Below are positions 26,822 through 39,258 of a stretch of 64,000 nucleotides of DNA, in pieces (within the stretch, counting starts at the first letter, position 1; each line of letters starts with the position of its first letter). A model generated the notes under the pieces. That model saw only the letters and a program-made list of their open reading frames with translations. It made no database searches and was not told where the DNA came from. The DNA lies in assembly GCA_965649765.1 (NCBI GenBank), contig OZ287752.1, positions 27,094,001 through 27,158,000 on the forward strand, given 5' to 3'. Both the position numbers and the translations under genes were made by a program. The DNA is from Bispira polyomma (lineage: Eukaryota).

Positions 26822-27192
26822 CTGAAATCATCCGCCGAAGCGCCCAACTTCGCATTATCGCCAACCCTCCAAAATGTGCCAAAAAGCTTTTAAACACCCA
26901 ATTTTATACACAAAACACATACCAGAAGTGATCTATATATATATTGAATACCTAATAAAAACTACCTTTTCCTTGTTAATACATCCATATTATTATCTTT
27001 TTAATCAAATGTTTACAACGTAAACAAACCACATGGTTTTGGGTATGACACAGTTTTTGTTGACAAAAACAAATCTCAAAATGAGGCCCATGCTCACATA
27101 ATCGGCCGTGCTCGCATTATCGCCCACTCCCGGTTTCACTCCCATTTTTTGATCTATTGGCCAGTCGGCGCTTCTGCGGATGATTTCGATAG
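26822..27192. mobile_element. TA-flanked TIR element (pogo/Tigger-like MITE)
   Basis: GAAATCATCCGCCGAAGCGC ... GCGCTTCTGCGGATGATTTC inverted ends; internal direct repeat TCGCATTATCGCC. Confidence 0.7.
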
Positions 27193-28419
27193 TATATTTT
27201 GGACACTGAAGGTTTTACTTATGCATATAATATTAAATGCAGTTCTCATGAACTCATGTACTAGTTTGTGTAATAAGATTATATTCATGTGTTTATTTTA
27301 TGCATTTTGTGAATGAAATGGTTGCAAAAAGTATCACTTGTTATTGTAGCATTTTGGGATTTATTGAAATATTTTGTAGTACAAACATTCAGGTGTTAGG
27401 CAAACTACAAATCAAACCAACTTTAAGTATAAAATCCTTTTTTAAGTAGCACTATGTTAAGTCAATTTCCATATTTTGTGGTTAAAATCTGTCGTTCCAC
27501 ACAGGACTTTAAAATCCACCCTGTTAAGTAGAAATGTGACTTAAGTAGAGGTATTTCCCCTGGTGCCCTTGATGAGGTGTGAAGTAAAGGGGTTTAAAAC
27601 TGTAGATAACCAACTATCCTTATCTGGGGGTCTTGAATCAATCTGGCCATGTCAACTTAATAAATAATATATATGTAATATTTGGTTCAGGACGTTGCTT
27701 GCTTTTAAAACTATCCCAAGTATATTGTCTATGTTTATTACAGTATCTCTTATTTTAAGAAGATATATTTATTAGAGGTCTATTTTTGTACTTCACACAG
27801 TTTTTTTCAGTACTTTTGTAATTTTGATGTGATGCTGCTTTTTTTGTGTGTACAGAAACTGGGGTTTTATTTTATTGGCTTAATTACTTGACCAAACTAT
27901 AGTATCATACAAAGGAACGCTTGCAATTGTACTATGTATAATTCTCATACATTAATTTAAAATGACAGTTTTTGCATGCGTTTTTATAATTTAGAAAAAA
28001 TAAATTGGTAAACTTAAAAATTAATTGAAAAGATGGGGGCTTTTGCGCTGTAGTTTATGAAGGTTAAATAACTCAACAAAACGCCTTATTTAGGCAGTGA
28101 CAATATTATTCAAGTAAAGTAGAATCTACCATAATGGCACAAGGCTAAGCATTGTTATTTGTTAAGTTACACACTACTCTGTTGTTTGGTAAATAATTAA
28201 TGCAAACTTTTGCTTTAATGTGGTAAACCAGGTGCCGTTTGCTATATATAGTATGGGTAATGTAAAACTGGTAATTAACTGTTACTAATACAGTAGAACC
28301 CATTTCTATCAAACCCTGTCAAGTTTTTCCTCAAGTTAAAAGAACCTAATTATTTTATGGTCCCAGTTAAAAACAGTCCCAGTCCAATTTTGATCTGTAG
28401 TTGAGGAGTACAACAATAT

Positions 28420-28700
28420 CTAATCTAATCTAGTCGTACTTTTATAGCGCTTAATCTTTGTACAACAAATTCTAAGGCGCAACATAACCCAAAACATTAA
28501 TCGAAAATCGAAAATAGTGGGCGGATGGAAGTCGTAACCAGGGAGACTACCGTAAATGGTTGCGACGGCTAAGGTGGAAAAGCCTGTTCAAAAAGATAGG
28601 CCTTCAGCTTACTCCTGAAAGAGGAGAAAGTTTGAGCCAGGCGAACATGATCAGGTAGGCTGTTCCAAATGAGGGGGCCATCATGAGCTAGGCAGTGATT
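28420..28700 (-). mobile_element. L2-like LINE 3' fragment with (TTAGA)n tail
   Basis: Minus strand gives GPLIWNSLPDHVR..SFRSKLKAYLF, then GCGCCTTAGA..AAGCGCTATAAAAGT and a short tandem tail. Confidence 0.75.
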
Positions 28701-28729
28701 GAACTGAACTTTGAACTGATAATATTCTA

Positions 28730-28805
28730 ACAATATTCTCATATTGATCAGTTTTAAATAGTAATTCTAGCAATATTCTCATATTGATCAGTTTTAAGTA
28801 GTTTA
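28730..28805. repeat. 40-bp tandem duplication (CAATATTCTCATATTGATCAGTTTTAA x2)
   Basis: Direct inspection. Confidence 0.85.
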
Positions 28806-30821
28806 ATTAATATACATGTAATTCAAATAGTAGTAGTCATAGTAGTTTAATATTGTCACATGCAGGAATAGCTTTTGGAAGCTGTTTTCTACCAATCAAT
28901 GTAGTGTCTATACTGCTCGTCAAAAGAACAACCAAAACCATTATAATCTTTCTTGCCAACGTTTTTACATTTGTTACCTTTTAAGATTGTTGTTGTGTTC
29001 AGTTTAGTATGTCAGGCACATTTCTGTGTTTATAAAAAAATTCAGATATATCTTGGGGAAACTCTTCTTTTGACAAGTTTTTTACAGATAAACTAGAATC
29101 GTGGGGTCTCCATATTTCTATGGGAATATGTGACAAATACTTTTCCCACTTATATTGGTAAAAGTTACCAGTTCTAAGAAGTCAAAGCTCTTTGTAAATT
29201 AGAGATGATAGGAGTCAAATTTTTTTGGAACTAAAACCAATTTCGTAGGAAAAAACCCCCCTGATAAATTAGTTAAAAATAAAAGTTAGCCATAGCTGGA
29301 ACCATACCCTGTAAATAGTACATATTTGACTTATATTGGTTTATATTTTTTTCTTTCTTTTTGAAGTGCTTGTGTTGAATCATCCATTAATTTAATTTGC
29401 TGATGTTGTCATTGATACTATTTTAAAAACATTTTAACAACTAATTGTGTTTTTGTCAAAATTTTCTACTTTTTATTTGTACATGTATATGGTTAAAAGA
29501 AAAAAATTGAACTACTAAAGGAATGTTGTATGATGTGAGCATACCTCTGTTCAAGTCTGTAGAAAGTACTGAAGATATGTCAAAAATGTGTGAGGTTGTG
29601 TGTTTTCTTAATATATATTTTTTTAAATGTTTGAACAAATTTGCATGCTATTTAATAGTTGGAAGTGCTCCCTTTCTTTTTTTAGTACAGTATATACGTG
29701 TTGATATTGCTTCTAAATGAGATGTGTATGTATTTTCATGGCTGCGTAGTATGTAGATATTATGGGAACAAACATTATATCATGTTAATCAAATATTTTG
29801 TAATTGCTGCTTTTACTACTAGAAGTTTTAATTATACTATAAATAATATTAATATATAGTTACTTTGATTTGTGGTTACAAAACTAGTACTGACATTTTT
29901 GTCATGTGAGTTTTCATTGGTTTAGGATTTTCGTCTTTGTGCATTTTCATTGGTTGCTCTCGGTCTTGGGAGTGAGTCCAATTGGCTAGATAATTTTAGG
30001 ACATTAGTAAAGTCATATTTTCATAATGTTTCTTGTAGAAAGCCAGTACCCTGTGTTAGTGTGGTTTGATATTGGAATGTGTGCATGGTATCTTTTTTCT
30101 TGTATGGCCTAATACTATAAATATTACAGAATAGTCGGAATAGTCAGGTGCATAAAAATGTTAACGAGAGTAGACAGGAATTGTCTGGGAAAACGTACAT
30201 TCATAATATATGGTTTGTATGTATTGTTTTACAAAACGCTCCACACCGCAAGAATATACACACTTAAATTAGGCGACTGGCTAAAGTAGAGATCAATACA
30301 CGTTTAAGTAAAGTGATAGGGTAAAGTAAAGAACAATACTCGTGTAAATAAAGTAGGCTAAAGTAAAGCACGAAGAACAGGCGATTTGTAGATATGAATG
30401 TTTGAGAACCGAAGACCAAGTACATTGGTATTTACAAATCTAGTGTTTTAGATTCTTTTCTTAAAATCCCTTACAAAATTGATCTTTCATCCATATAAAG
30501 TATCTTTTGATGTCTTATTGGTGTAAGATAATTGTAATATATTAGAATAAACTTTTCAGGTGAAGTAAGATTTTCTGGTGATTCTAAGTGAACTAGTGTA
30601 TTTTAATGCATTTGTCGCAGTTTACTATTTTAGCCAACAGTAAATAGACCCACTTTTATGACACAATAACAGTGTGAATAAGCCTAATAGGATGAGGTCT
30701 CTACTGTATGTTAAACAAGGCCTTTTCGTTGTCTTTTGTTGTCACTAAAACTTTCTGACAGTCAAGGCCTGTATTCTCAAAAAAATCTCCAGCTCAACTC
30801 AGACTTAAATCTAAAGTCCAG

Positions 30822-31262
30822 GGCTGGTATTCATAAAAAGTCTCAAACTCAAACTTAAATATAATCCTAATATATAGGTTATAAAACCTATATTTGAGCT
30901 TCTACTCAAACTCAAATTAAATACCTATTCTTAAAGAAGCCTATGCTCAAACTCAAACTCACTTATAATCCTTAGTAGGGATTATATTTAAGTCTGCAAA
31001 GTAGGTGTCTTAAATATTTAAGTTTTGTCAAGATGGCTTCCCTTATGACAGAAGATATTGTGTATGAGAGGGCATTTTGTAGGGAAAAGGTGTTTAGGGA
31101 CAGATTGAATCCGCTGGATACTTTAACTGACAAAGAATTACGTAGGAATGAGTTTGAGAATACCAATTTAAGCATATACTTACGTAGGACAATATCTGAG
31201 TTTGAGATTATATTTAAGTTTGAGATTGAGTTTGAGTTTAGGATTTTTTATGAATACCAGCC
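30822..31262 (+). mobile_element. Internally deleted Harbinger transposon retaining the transposase N-terminus
   Basis: Perfect 18-bp TIR GGCTGGTATTCATAAAAA, TSD CAG; ORF at 31033 (MASL..REKVFRDRLNPLDTLTDKELR) resembles the N-terminus of Harbinger/HARBI1-type transposases. Confidence 0.8.
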
Positions 31263-31265
31263 CAG

Positions 31266-31549
31266 GGGCCGTATTCACTAACAAGTGAAATATTTTTCCA
31301 AAGTTAGTAAATTTTTCTAAAGATTTCCTTGGAAGTGGTATTCACAAACAAGTGAAAAATTCCACTAACCTTTTTCTTAGAATCCAAGAAAGGAAAGAAA
31401 TCGAAGGTACCTCATCTGCTTACTTGAAATCTAAGTAATTTTTTTCTCTAAAGTAAGTTTTCTTTCGTGAATACCACTTGGGATCTAAGTTAGTAAAAAA
31501 TGGCCACAATACTTGAAACCTAAGTTAGGAATGGAATTTCACTTGTTAG
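31266..31549. mobile_element. Second Harbinger-type MITE with clipped right TIR
   Basis: Left GGGCCGTATTCACTAACAAGTGAAA; right TTTCACTTGTTAG, then abruptly host MITE sequence. Confidence 0.7.
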
Positions 31550-32100
31550 ATATCTGTAGCTACAAGGAAGATGCATATAAAATCTGACTGCATATTTAAA
31601 TTTAGCACAGAAAGCTGCATTAAAATGAATGGTCACAAGTGTAGGTTATTTTCACATACTTACACTTAACCTTCAAGTTAAGACTGACTTTAAGCTGGAG
31701 TTTCTTTTGGAGAAGACGTCCCAGATATATAAAACACAGCTCGCCATAACTTTCAAAGAACACACTAATATGTGAATAAAACTTGTATCACCAATGCATT
31801 TTAACAGTATAGGAAGCCGTTCATTGTTTTAAAAAAAAAAACCCTTTCTTACAGTATACATCACAAACACCCAAAGATTGTTAGTCACGTATGTCTTGTG
31901 ACTTATAACGAGGCTCACACTTATTGACCCCCAAGGCGCTACAAACGGGCGATTACAACTGTACAGTCTGTTGTGTAGAAATAAACTCTTTAATGCCAAT
32001 GTCAGTGTATAAAATCATTTCTTGTATAGTTTTAATAACAAAAACCTAGTCAACTATAATATGTAAAACATTTTTTTTGTTATGTAATGTGTAACATGTC

Positions 32101-32106
32101 AATAAA
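32101..32106 (+). terminator. Candidate distal polyadenylation signal for GRK
   Basis: AATAAA preceded by TGTA elements and followed by a T/GT-rich tract; AATAAA is frequent in this AT-rich DNA, so weak. Confidence 0.3.
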
Positions 32107-32813
32107 ATAATTTATTTGATAGCAGGTGTTTTAATTTGTATTTTTATTAGTGCTGCATTGGCGTATTGTTATTCTACCTCTATATACATGACCGATACTC
32201 TGTCCAGGACTAGTGGTTTTTCTTTTTGTATTAACGTCTTAAATTTGCAGTTAACCTTTTTGACACCTACATTATTAATCCCAAGTCAGCCAGCAAGTAA
32301 CATCCCAAAATTGTTTTTTACTTTCTTTTAATACCACACATTTGCAATGTGTTAGTACTTTAGAATTCTTTGTTTAAAAATATTGTACAGGTCATCCTGA
32401 AATGCTGGGAATTGGCTGTGGTGTGGCATGTGTTTTAGTGATTTCAGCTTTCTACAGCCCTTTACCCGAAATTTTCCGTCTGTACAAGAAAATACTGCTC
32501 CCTCAGTAAACCTACCTTGTTTTTGAGTGAATTTCCCAAAGAAAACCAGATGTGAAGGTTTTTTTTTAACACATGGTCAGATGATCAGACGCATGTCTTT
32601 ATAATTGGTATTGGCAGTTTTTAAATTAAAATCGGCTTCAAAGCATTTTGAGGAGGATCGATATTTGAAAGACTTCATCACTGTTCAAAGATGCATTGTT
32701 GATATGGTACAGTTTTGTAGTCCACATACAAATGTATGTAGAATTACTGTAGAACCTCTAGTCTATTATCCAAGCAACAGTTATCCAGGGCTGAAATGCA
32801 TCCTGAAATACTG

Positions 32814-32950
32814 GGGCACGATTCAAAGATTCTTATTCTTGAATTCTTATTCTTGAATTTTTGTCTGAATTTGATTGGCTAAAAATTTGATTGGATTGGA
32901 CAATGGAAATTTTAAGAATTGTAATCCAAGAATGTTTTTAAATAAGGCCC
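32814..32950. mobile_element. Short Harbinger-type MITE nested in a family-1 MITE
   Basis: CTG|GGGCACGATTCAAAGATTCTT ... AAGAATGTTTTTAAATAAGGCCC|CAG. Confidence 0.55.
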
Positions 32951-33533
32951 CAGATCTTCAATTTGATTTAAGTCATTTCAACTCTCCCAAATTGATACAT
33001 TCATCATTACTAAACCGCATCTTTTATTTGATGGACATTCTGTTATATGAACAAAATATATTGGTGTTTGAATAATAAGAGTTTCTATTGTATTATTATT
33101 ATCTGAAATTCATGGTGCACAGTTATCAATAACGCTTGTTTTGGCAGGGACAAAAAAATAATTCTTAAAAGAGCTACATTAAGGCTTAATACAATTCAAA
33201 TGTCCAGGAACAGGTCAATCATGAAATAAACCTCAAAACAGGGAAGAAAATCTATGATTGGTAAGCAATTTTGAAGACATAGATTTGTGATAAAATTACC
33301 CAAAGCTGGTACATAGTTAAAAACAAGTTTACATGAACCTGTAATTGTCCATGTCTTTCATGCATAGGTTAGGGTACATGTAAGTGGTCTCTCTTTCAAA
33401 ATAGAGTGCAGTTGTGAAGGTCCCATGTTTGGATAATAGAATATGTCTTTTTAAACATGTAGGGAAAATGAAAAAAAAAATGATAAAATCCAGTTATGGA
33501 AAATAGTGCTCATTTAGTGCGTTTGGTTTTTGT

Positions 33534-33539
33534 TTTATT
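33534..33539 (-). terminator. Candidate polyadenylation signal (AATAAA) of LHPP
   Basis: tttatt on +, ~760 nt past the LHPP stop, at the edge of a block with minus-strand 3'UTR-like T/G skew. Confidence 0.4.
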
Positions 33540-34300
33540 AAGTTCTGATTCTTTTCATACACATTAAAATATCACTTGACATACAACTGATATATTTGTC
33601 TTTACTGCAACTGGTAACTTGTTTCTCAATAAACTTTTTAAATCTCTATTAAAAACATACTTAAACAAGAAGTTCTATAAGAAACAGCCAAAATTATTAT
33701 ACAAATATTTGGCTTAGCCTACATATTTATACTTAAAAATTTTGACAAAAATTTCAACATAATACACAAACATTACACAAACAAAGGAACAAACACAATG
33801 AACAATATACGATAAATATAAAAAACTGTTTTAAGATAGTGTTATGCTAAAATCTTTTTAAAAATTAACTGCTATATATTTTGCCATATAACTTTCATTT
33901 CCACTTTCTTTACATGAACATTGATATCTGCTATACCTCTATACGTTATATATAAATCTCACAACTGTGCTTAATGGATTAATGCATTAACTAATTACAC
34001 TATATGAATCGTAGTCTATGTGACACATGAATATTGACCGATAATATAATTTAAACAACTACCCTTGAATCAACAATATCCTTTTTTTTTTTCAGCACCA
34101 AAATTACAATAGTCTGAAAACAAGATATGACACACACACACAAAGTTTCAGTGAAAAAGCTCAAAAATGAGCGATTCTATCCTGTCCTCATGCGTTGCCA
34201 TGGGCAATCAGCTCTTGTAGTATATGATAAACTAAACATGCAGATTGCAAATTTACCTAAAAAAAGCCTAATCAGAACATTTGTTGTCTATGTCAAGTTG

Positions 34301-34394
34301 TCATTTTCTGTTTTCAAAGTAGAGATCTACAGCTTCCTTTAAGTTGTCTATGTAGCCATCGGGGGTAACGGTCGGATGTGGCTCATCTTGAGGC
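34301..34394 (-). CDS. LHPP: LHPP exon 7 (RPQDEPHPTVTPDGYIDNLKEAVDLYFENRK*)
   Basis: ttctag|G; matches human RPSDEHHPEVKADGYVDNLAEAVDL; the seven exons sum to 825 nt in frame. Confidence 0.96.
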
Positions 34395-34452
34395 CTAGAA
34401 ATAGGACAGATTTAAAAATTTTATTCAAAAATTCTATTTTTATAAAATGTAT

Positions 34453-34751
34453 ACTTACCCAGTAAAACTGTGTGCTTACCGGTAGTTCCTATTAGTAGGG
34501 CAAGCTCTATACTAACATTCATCATAAAATATCCAGATGTCCTTAAAAAAATCCAAATAATAATCGCTTTGTAAAAACAAGATGTCTACAAAATGGCGAC
34601 CAGTAAAAGAATGGTCAGTGCGCAGCTTCTTGCACAGGGTCATGCGATGTCCCGCTTCCCGGGACGACCAGTCTATAACCCCCTTTCTCTTAGGGATTGG
34701 TCGTCACCGGCAGGCGAACTACCAGTTAGCACACAGTTTCACTGGGTAAGT
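34453..34751. repeat. ~300-bp element bounded by 36-bp inverted repeats, in LHPP intron 6
   Basis: ACTTACCCAGTAAAACTGTGTGCTTACCGGTAGTTC versus the reverse complement of 34716-34751; 3 mismatches. Confidence 0.8.
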
Positions 34752-35469
34752 CATTGTATTGCAATAAAAATATATGTAGTAAATGTAGTAGAAGCTTTAA
34801 GGTCTGAATACATTAGGAGAGAAATAGGTAATCTGTGTGGGCTAGAGAATACAGTTTGTCGGTACCAATGTGACGTCACGAACTCCACTTCCAAATTTTA
34901 AGAAGGGGTTTGGTGGCTCTGCCCCCATGTTTTGCTAAACTATTATAAAATGTATTCATTTCTAACCTTACTTAACTATCTATTATTGCTTACTTTTATT
35001 TTATTTGTGTAAAATTGCAATGATTAACAATTAAAGTTGAATTAAATTTTCATTGAAAAGGACAATTTTAATCGACATGTTTTCTCCCATTTTAAAAAAT
35101 GTAAACAAACGTAATTGGTATCGGTAAAGTGCATTTGCTCCATAGAATATTAAAAAAACAAAGGATGTGTTTTAGTAACAGAAGGAAAATATGGTTCATA
35201 CAAGACCAGAATGGGGGGCCGCATACTAGTTTGCTATGCGAGTGCGTGTACAAAATGTGGACAGACTCTATCACAGAAATATGAGCCACCTACATCTTAT
35301 GTGAGGGTTCACCGTATTTTTAACCTATTAAGCAAGTGATTAATATTGTGTACTTTTGGCCGGCAAGTATTTTTGTCTCGATAATGGCACACCGGAAGTA
35401 CCGACCCAAATTTTTAAGATACAGTGGCAAATTTTAGGTTCCTTACTCTAATACATGGACTCGTATTAC

Positions 35470-35561
35470 CTGTATTTTCCTGTCCTGACTTGCAGACCCA
35501 TTAGACCTGAGGCCTGTGCTCCACCAACATCATTTACTATATCATCTCCTATCATTACTGC
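35470..35561 (-). CDS. LHPP: LHPP exon 6 ([30 protein letters not shown])
   Basis: ttgcag|GCA...AG|gtaata; HAD motif IV GDDxxxD and RTGK. Confidence 0.97.
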
Positions 35562-36674
35562 CTGCAAAGAAAATAAACAAGGCTGTATACATAGAGATGA
35601 ATAGGATCACTATTTATTACACCTCAAGGAAAACCACGAGATTTCATTACTTCAAGAAAGATCACAGGAGATAACTAGAAAAAGGTTTTTCTAAAACAAA
35701 AAATTATGAGAAATTATGAAATATATCATGTATATCATGGTTTCAAAAAGCTTGCCTAACTGCAAAATTCTTTCAAAAACTTGAATTTCTACCAGTACGG
35801 GTACCACTCTTTCTAATAGGGTTTAATTATACCATATAACTGATCAGTCTCCCATCCCAATATGGTAAGTCAAAATGGTTGGAATTTTAAGGTAGGTTGG
35901 TGATACAAGCTGTAATAATCCCACTACCATTTACAAGATTTTAATGCATCGTTCCGAACAATAAATTTTAAAATACATTTTTCCTGATTGCATTAAAGAC
36001 AACCTTAAACCTGAGGTATATCCTTTGATATCAGTGCATCCACCTATCTTATAAAGTTGAAATGTTAAAGATATTTTAGTTAATGATAAAAACATATGAA
36101 ATATGTGCCTGAAGGGATATTTATCATATTTTTAATATATTGGAGACCACTGGATAATCAATCACTCGTTAATCAGTCGTTTATGTCCCAGTTAATCTGA
36201 AAATTGGTCTAGATATTAATGTCAGTGATATTTTTAATTTTAAGAGAAATATTAAAAGAAAACTATAATGCGGCACCAGAGAGAACACCTTACCAAAAGC
36301 AAATAAGTGCCCTTTTTAAGACATCCATTATTATGGTATAGTTTCTTCTACACTATAGCTTTTTTTATCTACTTGGTATTTGACAATAAGATATTTTAAG
36401 AACAAATAAAACCCTGCCGGTGCAAGGACACACTTAACATAATTCTTAGATGGCTATTCAGTATTTACAACAGCCTTCAGTCATGTTAAAAAGTGTGTTT
36501 TTAAAACAGTATTGACTGTTTTACAATTGCTAGCTTTACTATGTATTAAACACATATCATGTTTTCGGACAATTACAACAGGAGAAAAGTTCTCACCTAT
36601 TCAGTTCACTGATTTTTTGTTTGTTTTACAGCTTAAGTAAATATACAAAGATATATATAAAACAAAACCAATAC

Positions 36675-36767
36675 TTCTTTTGTAGTGAGTCCCATGTCCT
36701 CTAAGGCAGCGTTAAAAAATGTTGGGTCTGGTTTTCCTACTACAATTGGCTTCACACCTGTGGCAAA
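36675..36767 (-). CDS. LHPP: LHPP exon 5 (FATGVKPIVVGKPDPTFFNAALEDMGLTTKE)
   Basis: ttttag|TTT...GAA|gtattg; HAD motif III GKP. Confidence 0.95.
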
Positions 36768-37511
36768 CTAAAAATAGGTCAAAGTAAATCAATGTCAACT
36801 GAAGAAATATTACAGAGGTTCCAATTTGTCTTTTTTTCATAAAGCCTAGAACAAATTCAGTCAAGGTGAGTGGTCCTCATATTAGTGTGCTTTTTATTTT
36901 ACTAACTTAAGTTATGATTCTTTTGATACTAATATATCAGTTCACCTAGAACTTATATATCTGTTTTACTCTCATGTATAACTGTTTATCTATCAACTAT
37001 GAAATCTATGTAGAACTTTGATTATCCAATTTCTGTTTCTGAATATTCGACTTGACAAACTCATTTCCACTCTCATAAATTTATGTTTTCCTATTGTTTT
37101 ATACAGAAATTCCGTTGATTACTTGCTGACAACATAGGGTTCAAAAGGGTTACCAATAACTTGTGTAAATGACTGACTTTTAAAGCGTCAATGTTGGCAC
37201 CCTGGTAATTTATGTTTTGTATGACCATCTTGTCCAAAAATGTTTTTTTATTTAGTTTATCATTAAAAATTAAAATACAATTTCCAATACTAGGTTACAT
37301 TATTCATCTGTACAAAATTTCCCCAATACATATAAACTGCAAATCCAGTAGAACCTCTATTATCCAAATTTCTATCATACAAATATTCAATTTTACTAAC
37401 TCAATTCCTCTTATATTTTACGAACCTTCTATTATCCGAACAAAATATGGCTCTCCCAAGATGTTTGGATAATAGAGGTTTTAGTCTATTAATAATCTTA
37501 TTATTCCCTAC

Positions 37512-37575
37512 CTCCAGTAATTTTGCAAAGGAACCAACATCTAGCTGTAATACCCCATCCTCTTTGTAATATTTC
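37512..37575 (-). CDS. LHPP: LHPP exon 4 (KYYKEDGVLQLDVGSFAKLLE)
   Basis: ttatag|G...GAG|gtaggg; matches human RYYKETSGLMLDVGPYMKALE. Confidence 0.95.
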
Positions 37576-37849
37576 CTATAAATAAGTTACAATTTACAAA
37601 TGTAAACGTAAAATACAAAAATAGCCAGCTGAGGCTCACATGAACCACAGCCTGCAAGTATGGATGGAAAACAAGTGATTCTTGGAACAGGGACATGTTA
37701 AATAAAACACAAATACACAAGTAAAGGCATTTGCTTTTGAAGAAGGTAGTACCAGTACCTTCCTTCTCATTGATGACCTTCAGGTCCCCAGTTTGATCTT
37801 GAACATCACCACTAGTTTTCTGTATTGATTCATACATAAATACCCCCAG

Positions 37850-38890
37850 CCAGTTAAATGGCATTACGTATAATATTTTTTGGGATATGACACAAAACAC
37901 TGAAAATTTACCTTTATGATTCCAATTTGACCTTGAATCCAAGATTAGAGGTCAAATCTGGCCAGTACATTAGAATCATTAGTGCATTGACCCTGGTTTT
38001 TCTATATGCTCACAATACATTACAACTATCTAAACCTTTGAGTAAGGAAAATGTAAAGCCAAAACATAAAATATGGCCCTTTTTGGGGTCATAAAAGTGA
38101 CCTTGAAATAGACCTGTATGGTTTACAACCTTACCACTAAGATTATGGAGCACTACAGTGATACTGAGAAATTTTGGTAGCATTCGAAGTAATATTTTTG
38201 AGATATGACACAAAATACTGGAAATTGACCTTTATGACTCCAGTTTGAGCTTGAACCAAAGTTGTAGGTCAAATCTGACCACTGCATTAGATTGCCTGAC
38301 CCTGGTTTCTTACAGGCTCAAAATATATTCCAAGTATCTAAACTGTTACCAGTTAATTATATAGAATGCAATAACATAAAATTTACCCTTTTTGGACTAG
38401 ATAAGTGATTTTGTAACCGATCTGTATGGTTTAACACTTTACCGATAAGGTTGCTGAGCACTGCAAATATATACTACAAAGTTTGGTGGCATGCCAAGTT
38501 ATACTTTTAAGAAAGCACAGAAAACACAGGAAAAACACATGTTTGAATTTGAATTTGGATATTTAACGTCCACTCTAGTACCTTTTAGTAGGTTATATTG
38601 GGACGGGTAGTTGGAAATGCTGGAGGAAACACTGCATACAGTCGGTCAAGGTTCTGCAGAGAAACCAGCGGCCCACAGTAAGGAACTACCACCTTCCCCA
38701 CATAGGCATCGACGGGATTCGAACTCACGCCGCCCAGAGGTGAGAGACCAGTGATTGTGAAGCGCAATGCTTGCTAACCACTAGGCCACCGCGGCCCCCC
38801 GGAAAAACACATGTACGTGGACGCATATTCTAACACATATGCATACCCATGGCAAGTGCTTTCCCTGCTTTCGTCAGCTAGCTTAAACCT
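37850..38890. mobile_element. Helentron/HINE-like element with two ~330-bp tandem units, interrupted by a SINE
   Basis: Two units each containing GATATGACACAAAA..GACCTTTATGA..GGTCAAATCTG..TGACCCTGGTTT..CTGTATGGTTTA. Confidence 0.6.
38543..38800 (-). mobile_element. SINE family A in LHPP intron 3, perfect 14-bp TSD GGAAAAACACATGT
   Basis: TSD 38529-38542 / 38801-38814. Confidence 0.95.
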
Positions 38891-39104
38891 GGTTGCCATG
38901 ACAACAGTTTTTCAATCAGTTTTGGCCAAAACCTAGACTTTCTTCAAGTCTTTTTGTGTCAAGCATTATATGAGGGCAGTATCACTGTAAATTAGATGGT
39001 GTTCACTTAACTAACACTGAAAGTAGTTGTCTATTCACCGTGGCATTATGTGTATTGGTATTTGGTAATCAAAAATTTCCAAAAGTGTTGTGTCTTTAAC
39101 ATAC

Positions 39105-39258
39105 CCCAAACCCATGGCAATAAACAATGGGTTTTCCATGGACATTAACACATGGAAGGCTTTGTTGAGTGCTTCATATGAGAAGGCAGACTGAGCATCA
39201 CCCAGGACAACGCAGTTTGGATTATTTTTGTCTGCGCCCTCAAACTCTGCCATAACAT
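39105..39258 (-). CDS. LHPP: LHPP exon 3 (VMAEFEGADKNNPNCVVLGDAQSAFSYEALNKAFHVLMSMENPLFIAMGL)
   Basis: tttcag|AT...GG|gtatgt; NPNCVV motif. Confidence 0.96.

Noticed and set aside
32630-32690. Candidate LHPP last exon (S-DEVFQISILLKML*)
   Set aside because: No homology; the true exon 7 at 34394-34301 matches LHPP.
34451-34462. U1 snRNA 5' end (ATACTTACC)
   Set aside because: The match stops after 9 nt with no U1 stem-loops or Sm site; it is the end of an inverted repeat.
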